64,000 nucleotides of DNA from Promethearchaeota archaeon (GTDB lineage: Archaea; Asgardarchaeota; Lokiarchaeia; Sigyniarchaeales; SOKP01): NCBI GenBank assembly GCA_019058445.1, contig JAHPZA010000009.1, positions 384,001 through 448,000 of the forward strand, written 5' to 3'. The position numbers and the translations under genes were made by a program. Shown piece by piece: positions 30,064-39,668 of the stretch. Each line of letters opens with the position of its first letter. The first letter of the stretch is position 1. The notes beneath the pieces were generated by a model, which was not told the origin of the DNA, searched no databases, and worked only from the letters and a program-made list of their open reading frames with translations.

Positions 30064-31674
30064 ATGGCAAAAAATAATAAATTATACATATATGATGCAA
30101 CCCTTAGAGAAGGAGCTCAGAAAACAGGAATAAGTTACTCAATCGAAGATAAGATTCGTATAATAGAGAGATTAATTAATGATTTACATATTCCTATGAT
30201 TGAGGTTGGCTGGCCAGGATCAAATCCCAAGGATATAGCGCTCTACAAAAAGATTCCAACTCTCGATACTAACTCTAATGGTACCAAGATATATGCTTTT
30301 GGAGCTACTAGACGTAAAAATATCCAGGCACAAGACGATCCAAATCTTAGAGCCTTGCTTGCTGTTGGAATAAAAAGGGCTACAATAGTTGGAAAGAGTT
30401 GGGATTTGCATGTTGAAACAGCTTTAGAAACGAATTTGGAAGAAAATCTTAATATGATTGAAGATACTATCATGTACTTAAATAAAAATGGAATTGAGGT
30501 GGTATATGATGCGGAGCACTTTTTTGATGGATATAAAAGCAATAGGCAATATGCCCTCGAAACAATATCATGTGCTTCCAATGCTGGTGCGTCATGGATA
30601 GTATTATGTGATACAAATGGTGGCCTTTTACCGCATGAACTCGGTCCTATTTTTGAAGACGTAAAAGATTATTTAGGTAATGATATTCCTTTAGGAATTC
30701 ATGCTCACAATGACTCTGGAGTAGCGAATGCCATTGCTTTGGAAGCCTATCAACATGGCGCCAGCATGATCCAAGGAACAATGAATGGATTTGGTGAGAG
30801 ATGCGGAAATACAGACTTAACAACAATTCTTCCCGTTTTAAAATTAAAAATGGGGGTAAATTGTATTTCTGATGAAGCTTTAAAAAATCTTACCGAAGTT
30901 TCCCACTATATTTATGAAATGGCCAATTTGCCTGGCAAAGATGATCAACCTTTTGTTGGAAGATATGCTTTTTCTCATAAAGGAGGTATTCATGTTTCAG
31001 CAATGAGAAAGGATGTCAGAACATATGAGCATGTAAATCCAGAGTTAGTTGGAAATTCTCGAAATATAAAAGTTTCAGAGTTGGCCGGAAAAAGTTCGAT
31101 ACTTCATATGGCCAATAAATTTGACATTCCTCTTTCTGAGACAAATCCAAAAGTTTCGGCAATACTTCAAGAAATAAAGAATAAAGAAAATCAAGGTTAT
31201 TCTTTTGAGGGTGCTGAAGGTTCATTAGAAATTATAATGAGAAGTATGGATATGAACATTCAAGATCCCAATTATTACAGAAACAAATTCTTTCAATTAG
31301 AAGGTTTTCGAGTTCTTACAGAAATGTATAAGGAGGATTTAATATCTGAAGCTACTATTAAAGTGAGAGTAGGAAATGAAATGTTTCATACAGCTGCTGA
31401 TGGAAATGGCCCAGTAAATGCCCTTGATAACGCACTGAAAAAAGCCTTGGTCTATTTTTATCCAAGTATTAAGGAAATTGATTTATCCGATTTTAAAGTA
31501 AGAATAATAAACCAGGAAGGAACAGCATCGAAAGTTAGGGTATTAGCTGAGACTCACGATGATGAGGGGAGTTGGGGAACAATTGGAGCTCATGAAAATA
31601 TTATAGTAGCGTCTTGGGATGCTTTAGTGGATTCATATATATTTAAATTGCTTAAAGATAAATCAAATTGGTAA
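30064..31674 (+). CDS. cimA: Citramalate synthase
   Basis: DATLREGAQ, GWPGSNPKD, GKSWDLHV, DAEHFFDGYK, HAHND, GERCGN, HKGGIH, C-terminal regulatory domain. Confidence 0.88.
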   Translation: MAKNNKLYIYDATLREGAQKTGISYSIEDKIRIIERLINDLHIPMIEVGWPGSNPKDIALYKKIPTLDTNSNGTKIYAFGATRRKNIQAQDDPNLRALLAVGIKRATIVGKSWDLHVETALETNLEENLNMIEDTIMYLNKNGIEVVYDAEHFFDGYKSNRQYALETISCASNAGASWIVLCDTNGGLLPHELGPIFEDVKDYLGNDIPLGIHAHNDSGVANAIALEAYQHGASMIQGTMNGFGERCGNTDLTTILPVLKLKMGVNCISDEALKNLTEVSHYIYEMANLPGKDDQPFVGRYAFSHKGGIHVSAMRKDVRTYEHVNPELVGNSRNIKVSELAGKSSILHMANKFDIPLSETNPKVSAILQEIKNKENQGYSFEGAEGSLEIIMRSMDMNIQDPNYYRNKFFQLEGFRVLTEMYKEDLISEATIKVRVGNEMFHTAADGNGPVNALDNALKKALVYFYPSIKEIDLSDFKVRIINQEGTASKVRVLAETHDDEGSWGTIGAHENIIVASWDALVDSYIFKLLKDKSNW

Positions 31675-31973
31675 TTTTATTTTCTAATAGACTTTATAGC
31701 AATTTCTAATAATTTTTTAAATTTTAAAATCTCTAAGATAAGAGATTTATCTTTATATTAAGGTAAATTTATATATCTAAATAATTCATTAATTTATAAG
31801 AATACGCTTTATATTGATTATTTAAGGAATTTAGGTGATAAACAAGGTTTTTATTTTTTCTATAGGTAATATATCTCAATCATTTAAAAACCATTGATAT
31901 TACGCATCTTCAACACGAACGATTAGGTCTAATAAAAACAATAAAATAATTTAAAAAATTTTAAAACAAAAGA

Positions 31974-32486
31974 ATGAAAGATATTTCACGAATCTTTTTG
32001 GAGATTTCCTCAAAAAAGGGGAATGAGAATGCTGATCAAGCGATATTAAAAGACAAAAATGAAAAAATTGAGTTATTTTTAAATAAATACCTTGAATTTT
32101 TATCTGTAAATCTCCAGGCGGAATTTAATCGAATTTCTTATTCATCATTAGGAAAGTTCAAAACCAATGAAATCGGAACAAAGATTAAAGACATCATTGA
32201 AGAACACATCGCCAGAGTAATTTTTTTAGTAGAAAGAGAAAGTGAATCTCTTCCCTTTGTAAAAGATTATTTTTCTCTTAATTTGAGAAAGTTATATGAA
32301 AAAATTACTTCAGAATATAAAGCTGAAAAGGAACTTCAAGAGATGTTTGAACTAAATTTGATACATGATTTTGGACAAATCGTTGATCGCTTATGCCAGT
32401 TTGAACTTCAAACTATTGACCTTTTTTTAAAATATTTAATTTTAATAAATCTTCACAGAAGATTACAACGGAGAAATCTTTTATAG
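31974..32486 (+). CDS. Hypothetical helical protein
   Basis: 170-aa ATG ORF. Confidence 0.6.
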   Translation: MKDISRIFLEISSKKGNENADQAILKDKNEKIELFLNKYLEFLSVNLQAEFNRISYSSLGKFKTNEIGTKIKDIIEEHIARVIFLVERESESLPFVKDYFSLNLRKLYEKITSEYKAEKELQEMFELNLIHDFGQIVDRLCQFELQTIDLFLKYLILINLHRRLQRRNLL

Positions 32487-32506
32487 AGAATAAGTAAAAT
32501 ACTTTG

Positions 32507-33640
32507 TTAAAAATAAACTTTAAAATTTTTCTCAATAATTTCCTTTGTATCTTTAAAATCTGTAATATCTATTATTTTATTTAAATCTTGAATATCATTT
32601 AATTCACTTTCATATTGCTCTTTAAAATCTTCAGTGAAATTATTCAAGAACTTTTGAAGAATGTCATTTTTTTGATTAGTTATAACTAAAACAGCAAATC
32701 CAAAATCGATATTATAATTAACTACAATATCTAAATTTTCAGTTTTCATAACGTCGATTTTATCTTTCTTATCAATAAATTCAGAAAGGATGTGGTTTAA
32801 TCCAATTAAAATATTACCCCATATCACCGAATCAGAAATAGATTTCACATGCTCGAATTTATATGAGTATAATAATATTCCAGATTTATGATAGATATTG
32901 ATGTTATAAATTTTATTAGTTAGTACTAAAAACATTTCAGGTTTTTTTATCAACATGAAAGTCACGCTAAAATAATTTACCCAAAGAAAAAAAATATATA
33001 ATTCCCTAAATATAGGAAAGCTAAAACGGACATATGAAATAAACATAAAGATTGGTAAACAAAATACGAGCGTGTTTATTATAAACAATTTCGTTATTTG
33101 CTTATTTCTCGAATTAAGGTATATTTTTAAAGAAAAATATAAAAAATAGATCACCATAAAAAATAGAAAGAAGATTATAATTAATCCAACTCTCTCATCA
33201 AAAACATAATTAACATTGGAAATGTCAATAATTAGATACATAAATGACCTTGAAGAATTATTAATCAATTGAATCGAATCAAAAAAAAATAGAGATCCTA
33301 TAATAAGTCCTAAAAACGTGGTATAACAAAGAAAAGAAATAACAGGAATTTTTTTGTACTCCAGTAGAAAGGCATAGATGAGCCCTGTATTTCCTAGAGC
33401 TAAAAATCCGATTACAATAGTTACTTTCCACAATAGTTCTGAAGGATAAAGAACAATGGAAAAGAAAAACAATGTTGAATATATAAATCCGGTAAATAGT
33501 ATGGTAAGTAGATTTAAAAAAGTCATTAACTTTGTTCCATATGAAGCAAAATGAATTGATATAGAATATATACTAAACGAGCTCATCATCAAGGTGAAAA
33601 TGTAGCCGATGACTAAAAGAATAAAGAATAAATCATCCAT
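32507..33640 (-). CDS. Multi-TM (about 7) membrane protein fused to C-terminal longin/roadblock-like domain
   Basis: Hydrophobic N-terminal ~235 aa; IYHKSGILLYSYKF...GNILIGLNHILSEF...FAVLVITN C-terminal domain. Confidence 0.7.
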   Translation of the reverse strand: MDDLFFILLVIGYIFTLMMSSFSIYSISIHFASYGTKLMTFLNLLTILFTGFIYSTLFFFSIVLYPSELLWKVTIVIGFLALGNTGLIYAFLLEYKKIPVISFLCYTTFLGLIIGSLFFFDSIQLINNSSRSFMYLIIDISNVNYVFDERVGLIIIFFLFFMVIYFLYFSLKIYLNSRNKQITKLFIINTLVFCLPIFMFISYVRFSFPIFRELYIFFLWVNYFSVTFMLIKKPEMFLVLTNKIYNINIYHKSGILLYSYKFEHVKSISDSVIWGNILIGLNHILSEFIDKKDKIDVMKTENLDIVVNYNIDFGFAVLVITNQKNDILQKFLNNFTEDFKEQYESELNDIQDLNKIIDITDFKDTKEIIEKNFKVYF

Positions 33641-33844
33641 TTTTCATTCGATCTACCATAAGTAACTAATATAATAAAATTTCATTGATTAAAAGATTTC
33701 TATTCTCTTAAAATATTAAATTAAAATACCTATAGAATAAAAGAAAGATATTATTATATAAGATTTTTGCTCACTAAAAGATGAGAAATTTGATTTTTTT
33801 AAATATAACCTTTAAATTTAATTGTTATTGAAAAAATAATATAC

Positions 33845-34948
33845 TCATTTAGTATAAGGTCTAAAATATTCATATATCAGTTTTCCAGCATTCTTAAAAT
33901 GGGAAGTATCAATTAGACCGTTTAGACTGCTCAATTCTTCTTTATTTAATTCCACAAATTTTTTCATAAACCGCTGGATGGACCTATCAATGAATTCATT
34001 TTTTTTATTAGTTATCAATAAAATTGCATAACCGTATTTATCATTGTATTCTAAAACGATATCCCGATTTTCCATTTTAATTATACCTAATTTATCTTTT
34101 TGATTTGTTAAATTAGCAAGGATATGATTTATCCCTATCAAAATACTCCCCTTTAGTAGAGAATCTTCGGTTTCTTTTCCCGTTTCAAAATTGTAAGCCC
34201 ACAACAAAATACCACTTTTATGGAATATAATGAAATCATAAATTCTATTGGTTAGCTCTATAAATAAATCTGGCTTTTTAATAATTTCATAAAGAAAAAC
34301 TATAGAGGTGAATAAAAAAGAGATTAAATGAAGATACTTAAATAAGATAAGCGGAATTACCAGAAATAACCCATATGTGAAAATAACAATCGTAAAGTTT
34401 AAGGTGTTAATAAATAATAATTTTGCTAATGTTTTTCGACGTATATTTGCATAGTTTATCACTAATATTGACCACATCAAAATTATCAATGAACTTCCTA
34501 GCAACAACATAAAATAAAATAATAAATAATCTTGAAAGAAAAAATAATAGTTCAGCCCGAGGGTTTCTACTTTAAAATTGTTAAAAAAAAGCACTAAATA
34601 TATGACAATTCCCCCTAAAAATGAAAATATAAATGCAGTGGATATTTCTGTCTTTCGATATCCTATCATAAAATTATGGAGAGAACTCAAAAATCCTAAG
34701 GCAAAAAGGCTAATAATTATTGAAGCATTCCATAATTTTATGGCTATCGCCTTGTCAAAGAAAACCATTGTTGCCATGGAGATAAAGGTAAAATATAAAA
34801 TTCCAACAAAGAAATAAAGTAAGATAATAAGAATTGAATTTTTTTGAGGGCCGTAATTCTCAGAGTGTTTAAAAACATAAATAATTGCTGAGATTGATAT
34901 TGTTATCGATATAAATATAAGAATACAATCAAGAATCATATGTATCAA
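33845..34948 (-). CDS. Paralogous multi-TM plus longin/roadblock-like protein
   Basis: IFHKSGILLWAYNF...GSILIGINHILANL...YAILLITN; IKKPDLF vs IKKPEMF junction shared with neighbour. Confidence 0.7.
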   Translation of the reverse strand: MIHMILDCILIFISITISISAIIYVFKHSENYGPQKNSILIILLYFFVGILYFTFISMATMVFFDKAIAIKLWNASIIISLFALGFLSSLHNFMIGYRKTEISTAFIFSFLGGIVIYLVLFFNNFKVETLGLNYYFFFQDYLLFYFMLLLGSSLIILMWSILVINYANIRRKTLAKLLFINTLNFTIVIFTYGLFLVIPLILFKYLHLISFLFTSIVFLYEIIKKPDLFIELTNRIYDFIIFHKSGILLWAYNFETGKETEDSLLKGSILIGINHILANLTNQKDKLGIIKMENRDIVLEYNDKYGYAILLITNKKNEFIDRSIQRFMKKFVELNKEELSSLNGLIDTSHFKNAGKLIYEYFRPYTK

Positions 34949-35042
34949 TACTTTAAAATTTAAAACAAAGTGATTTCTCTTTTCTTAACTTATCATATAT
35001 ATTGTCATCATATAAAACTATTTTTTTTTTAAAATTTGAAGA

Positions 35043-35549
35043 TTAACTCTTCATTTTTCTAATTCTTCCCTCTATCCAACCATGCTTAAACGAGATAAGT
35101 GAATCAAATTTACTTATATACGGTTTAATATCTAAAATTGGTGTTTGATCCACCATATCAACATTTTTAACCTTGATTTTGAACTCATTAATTTCTAAAA
35201 TTTCTAAAACAGATATCCCTAAAGGGTTCGGTCTGAAAGGTGTACGCATTGAGAAAACTCCAACTTTTTTATTATATAAAAAAGGTTTAGATTGCAATGG
35301 CACTGGGAGTTTAATTAAATCAAAATAATAAATGCAGTATATATGGGAGAATCCCTCTAAATCTTTTAAACCATCTTGATATTGTGAATAAATTTCAATC
35401 ACACCTATAGAATCAGACATGGAAAATTGGATCGGGACACCTATTATTGATTTAAACTCGGTATGGATAATCCCAATAGGTGTGAAGCATATTTTGTCCA
35501 GAGGTTTCCGATTTTTAATGGATTTTAGATCTTTTTTTATGATTTCCAT
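35043..35549 (-). CDS. trmO: tRNA m6t6A37 methyltransferase TrmO/TsaA
   Basis: PIGIIH, GLKDLEGFSH, GVFSMRTPFRPNPLG, TPILDIKPY. Confidence 0.9.
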   Translation of the reverse strand: MEIIKKDLKSIKNRKPLDKICFTPIGIIHTEFKSIIGVPIQFSMSDSIGVIEIYSQYQDGLKDLEGFSHIYCIYYFDLIKLPVPLQSKPFLYNKKVGVFSMRTPFRPNPLGISVLEILEINEFKIKVKNVDMVDQTPILDIKPYISKFDSLISFKHGWIEGRIRKMKS

Positions 35550-35611
35550 ATTTATTATTAAACTACAAATAATAAAAAAGAATTTAGGTATCAGAAATAC
35601 ATAATTCTTAG

Positions 35612-37492
35612 ATGACTAGCTTTTTAGAATACTTGAAAAAGGAAAATATCATTGAAAAGATAATTAAATTATACAATTTCAGCATACAAGAGGATAGTGA
35701 AAAAGACCTTCTTAACAGGATTAAAATTTACTTACTTAAAACTGCGAAACTCAAAAAAGATGATGATCTTGATGTTTTAAGTAATGTTCATCAAAAAATT
35801 TTAAATTATGACCAGAAAAAAGTATTAGGTGAATTTTATACTCCATTTGAAGTTGTAAATTATATTTTGGATCGTACTGGGTATATTAATTCTAATGATA
35901 TTGAAAATAAGAAGTTTATTGATATTAGTTGTGGCTCAGGAAGTTTTATTATTCAAGCAATAAAAAGATTAATTCATCGCTTTTTGAAGATATTAAAATA
36001 TGACGATCCTTCTGATTTAAATCCCGAAGAATTAGAAAACATTATTTTAAGCGTTAGAAAAAATATTTTCGGCGTTGATATTAATCCAATTGCGTGTTTT
36101 TTATGCCAGCTAAACATTCAATATGTACTATTTGAAATTTTAAAGAATATTAGAAAATTCAATGAAAAGTATAGGCTCCCGATATTCAATATAAGAAATA
36201 TTAATTCTTTAGAATTAGAAGAATACGAAAAATACGATTTTGTTGTCGGAAATCCTCCCTATTTGTTTATTAGAAACATTCCAAAGGAGCATAGGAAACT
36301 AATTGAGTTTAGAGATCTAAACACTAATATAGGTCAATATGATTATTACCAGATTTTCCTTGAATTAGGGCTAAGGTTTCTAAAAAACGGAGGAAATCTT
36401 GGCTATATTATCCCGGATTCTCTTTTAGCTTTGTCTCATCGTTCAATCGCCAGAAAATATATTTATAATGCTGCAAAAATCAAAGAAATATATTATACTG
36501 GCCCGAAATTCGATGAACTTGTTGTGTCCAATATTATAATTATTTTACAAAAGGAGAAAGATGAAAAGAGGAGGGAGGAAAATTTAATAAATATAAAATT
36601 GTCAAATAACTGGACTAAACAATTTCGCCAAAATTTAATAAAGAAATGGGACTACAAGTTCCTAATACATCTAAATGATTTAGATATATCCATTCTTGAG
36701 TATATAAATAAATATTTCCCCAAACTGAAAGATTTAAGTAATGATCAGAATTATAAGATTCTTTTAAGTAGAGGCGTAGAGCTAGGGAAAGGGGGAAATA
36801 TTATATATTGTAAGAAATGTAATAAGTTTTATCCTCTTCCAAAAAAACACTTAATTTGTCCAAATTGTAAATCTCAGTTAAGCCATGAGCATATCAAAAG
36901 TATTATATATTCTAAAATACCCGAGGATGAAGAAGGAGTTTTTAAAAAGTTTTTATACTCTATAAACCGATATGAGATAAAAGATAATAAATACATCGAT
37001 GTGAGCAAAAAAGGAATTAGTTATAAGGATCCCAAAATCTATAAGAATCGAATTATCATTAGACAACTTAGCCAAAATAACTTGATATGCGCTACTTATG
37101 ACCAAGAATTCTCACTCACCTCTCAATCGGTTTATAATCTGAAAATTTTAGAATCTCCGATACAAGAATTTAATCATTTTTATCTCCTTGGCACTATTAA
37201 TTCTCAACTATTATCTTATTATTTTATCAAATCATTTGGATCTTACAAAAAACTTTTTCCGAGAATTTTAATTGAAAAAATTAATCAACTACCAATCAAA
37301 ATTCCTAAAACCGAAAGAGAGAGGAATGATGCTAAGATACTTATAACTAAAATAAAAAAATTACTTATTCATTATGAGGAAAAGATTCAAAATGAAGTCG
37401 ATTCCCTGGTTTTTGATTTATATGGTATTAGCATGGAGCAAAGAAAATATATACGAAATGTACTCAAAAATCCTATTTTTGATAAAGCCTAA
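35612..37492 (+). CDS. Orphan N6-adenine DNA methyltransferase (gamma class, TaqI/Eco57I-like) with Zn-ribbon insertion
   Basis: GEFYTP, DISCGSGSF, GVDIN, VVGNPPY, TaqI-like C-terminus (YLLGTINSQL, LPIKIP); CKKC...CPNC insert. Confidence 0.88.
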   Translation: MTSFLEYLKKENIIEKIIKLYNFSIQEDSEKDLLNRIKIYLLKTAKLKKDDDLDVLSNVHQKILNYDQKKVLGEFYTPFEVVNYILDRTGYINSNDIENKKFIDISCGSGSFIIQAIKRLIHRFLKILKYDDPSDLNPEELENIILSVRKNIFGVDINPIACFLCQLNIQYVLFEILKNIRKFNEKYRLPIFNIRNINSLELEEYEKYDFVVGNPPYLFIRNIPKEHRKLIEFRDLNTNIGQYDYYQIFLELGLRFLKNGGNLGYIIPDSLLALSHRSIARKYIYNAAKIKEIYYTGPKFDELVVSNIIIILQKEKDEKRREENLINIKLSNNWTKQFRQNLIKKWDYKFLIHLNDLDISILEYINKYFPKLKDLSNDQNYKILLSRGVELGKGGNIIYCKKCNKFYPLPKKHLICPNCKSQLSHEHIKSIIYSKIPEDEEGVFKKFLYSINRYEIKDNKYIDVSKKGISYKDPKIYKNRIIIRQLSQNNLICATYDQEFSLTSQSVYNLKILESPIQEFNHFYLLGTINSQLLSYYFIKSFGSYKKLFPRILIEKINQLPIKIPKTERERNDAKILITKIKKLLIHYEEKIQNEVDSLVFDLYGISMEQRKYIRNVLKNPIFDKA

Positions 37493-37591
37493 ATAATATA
37501 CAATTTTAAAGCATGATATCATTTTTATTAAAATGTAAATTAAATTGATCATTTAATCTAGTACAGATTAAAAATAAATTAGTATTGTGAA

Positions 37592-38179
37592 GTGAATATA
37601 AGTTTGGAAAGAATAGCAAAAATGACCCGAAAAACAACGGAAACAGAGATATTAGTTGAATTAAATTTAGATGGTACAGGGAAATTTGAAATTAACACTG
37701 GTCTTAAATTTATGGATCATATGTTAATATTATTGTCAAGACACTCGGGTATTGACCTAAAAGTTAAAGCTTCAGGCGATTTAACGCATCATATAATTGA
37801 GGATATCGGAATCTTAATTGGTGAATGCTTTATTAATGCTTTAGGAGATAAAAAAGGGATTAATAGATATGGATCAGCATTTATCCCAATGGATGACTCG
37901 CTCGCCAGATGTGTAATAGATTTTTCTGGTCGTAAAGCATTAATTTTAGAATTAAAGTTAAATGAGGAGTGTGATATAGAAGATGTCGCGATTGAGGATA
38001 TCAGACATTTTTTTAATTCTTTTGCTGAAAATGCTAAGATAAATCTCCATCTCCATCTTTTATATGGAGAAGATCAACACCACAAGGTTGAAGCGGCTTT
38101 TAAAGCATTAGCAAAGGCTATAAAAAAGGCAGTGAAAATAACTTCAAATGAAATTCCATCAACTAAAGGAGTCCTTTAA
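37592..38179 (+). CDS. hisB: Imidazoleglycerol-phosphate dehydratase
   Basis: RKTTETEI, DHML, HHIIED, PMDD, HHKVEAAFKA. Confidence 0.96.
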   Translation: MNISLERIAKMTRKTTETEILVELNLDGTGKFEINTGLKFMDHMLILLSRHSGIDLKVKASGDLTHHIIEDIGILIGECFINALGDKKGINRYGSAFIPMDDSLARCVIDFSGRKALILELKLNEECDIEDVAIEDIRHFFNSFAENAKINLHLHLLYGEDQHHKVEAAFKALAKAIKKAVKITSNEIPSTKGVL

Positions 38180-38288
38180 TCCTTTAGCAAATTTTAATTA
38201 ATACACCAATTTTACTTTTAATGCAACATTTTTATTTAAAGTCATCTAATATTTTTTTATTCAGATAATATTTTTCTAGTGACATTTT

Positions 38289-39518
38289 ATGGGATTTAAA
38301 GATTTAAAAAGACTTTTACAAAAAGAAAATTACTTCTTCTTGATATTAATTATTTGGCTCTTAGTTGGTTATACCTTTCTTCATTTTAATATTGAATTTC
38401 AAATTCTTGGTTTTATCATTAATGGAATTGTTATATATCTTCCATTGTTAATTATTTGTATAGTTTTATTCTTGATTGCTTTCTTTTTACAGGCAGATAT
38501 TAAAAAATTAAAGCGCAATACAATACTAAAGGGTATTGGAGTTTTGATTATCGTCGCCATTATTTTTTTCTTTTTAGGAGAAGATATTCTATATCTTATT
38601 GGGGTTACGACTTTTATCGTCTCCTTTATCTTTTATATATTTATTACTTCAATCTTCAGTATGTATTACTGTTATAAGTATGGAATTTCTTTAGATGATA
38701 CGTTCTATAAATTGCCAACACCTGTAGCTTTTACGTGGAGATGGCTTATCTTTTTAGTTGGGACTGCAGCAGCAATTGCATTAATATTATTTATCGGGGC
38801 TGTATCTGTGGGTACAACAAAAATTATTGTGATCGTAGTTATTGGAGGTCAAGAATTTTATATTCATCGATTCGTTGAAATCATTCCATATATCATAGTT
38901 GGAATAATAATCGGTTTGGTAGCGATTTCTTTATTAGCTTTGCTTTTGCAAAAAAATCATCCATTTAACGCATGGTTAGGACTTTTCGTCTTATTTTCCT
39001 CTCTATATGGCGCTGTTTTAATGGTTAATGCTTTTTTAGGTGGTGAAGTAGCTAATGTAAGTCCCATTTTAGACAATCCATTTACTTATGTCATACTTTT
39101 TATTTTTGATGTGTTTCTGATTTTATATACAATTAGCTGCCTAATTGGAAGCAAAGCAGAGATAATTTTGGATTTAAAAATATTTAAACCTATCAAACCA
39201 GATGGTATTTTGATATTTTTAATCCTATGTAAAGTTGCTTATGAATTCGGTACATATTTCCTTGCTGACAATGAAGTTATTGGAGTGAATGCGGTTTTGT
39301 TAAAGAATGTAGCCGTGTTCTTTTTATTTTTACCTCTTATGATAATCATGGGACTTGTTGGTATATTCCAATACGATAAGATAAAAAAGGAAAGAAAAGA
39401 CGAAAAATTTGCTAAAAAAGCGCGAAAATCGAGAGATAAAGAAAGAAAGAAAAGAATTAAGGAGAGAGAAAAAGAAAAGAGAGCACTTGAAAAGCAAAGA
39501 AAGAAAGAAAAAAAATAA
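38289..39518 (+). CDS. Polytopic membrane protein with highly charged K/E/R C-terminal tail
   Basis: About 10 TM helices; tail KKERKDEKFAKKARKSRDKERKKRIKEREKEKRALEKQRKKEKK. Confidence 0.75.
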   Translation: MGFKDLKRLLQKENYFFLILIIWLLVGYTFLHFNIEFQILGFIINGIVIYLPLLIICIVLFLIAFFLQADIKKLKRNTILKGIGVLIIVAIIFFFLGEDILYLIGVTTFIVSFIFYIFITSIFSMYYCYKYGISLDDTFYKLPTPVAFTWRWLIFLVGTAAAIALILFIGAVSVGTTKIIVIVVIGGQEFYIHRFVEIIPYIIVGIIIGLVAISLLALLLQKNHPFNAWLGLFVLFSSLYGAVLMVNAFLGGEVANVSPILDNPFTYVILFIFDVFLILYTISCLIGSKAEIILDLKIFKPIKPDGILIFLILCKVAYEFGTYFLADNEVIGVNAVLLKNVAVFFLFLPLMIIMGLVGIFQYDKIKKERKDEKFAKKARKSRDKERKKRIKEREKEKRALEKQRKKEKK

Positions 39519-39668
39519 AAAATAATTTCATGAAAATACAATTCCCGAAATATTAACGATTAATTGATAGAATATCAAATAAATTAAGGCAAAATAACGA
39601 TCATCAACAAATAATAAGAATAGCAATCTAATATCGCGTTATTCTGAAGATTTAACTTTTAAACGAGA

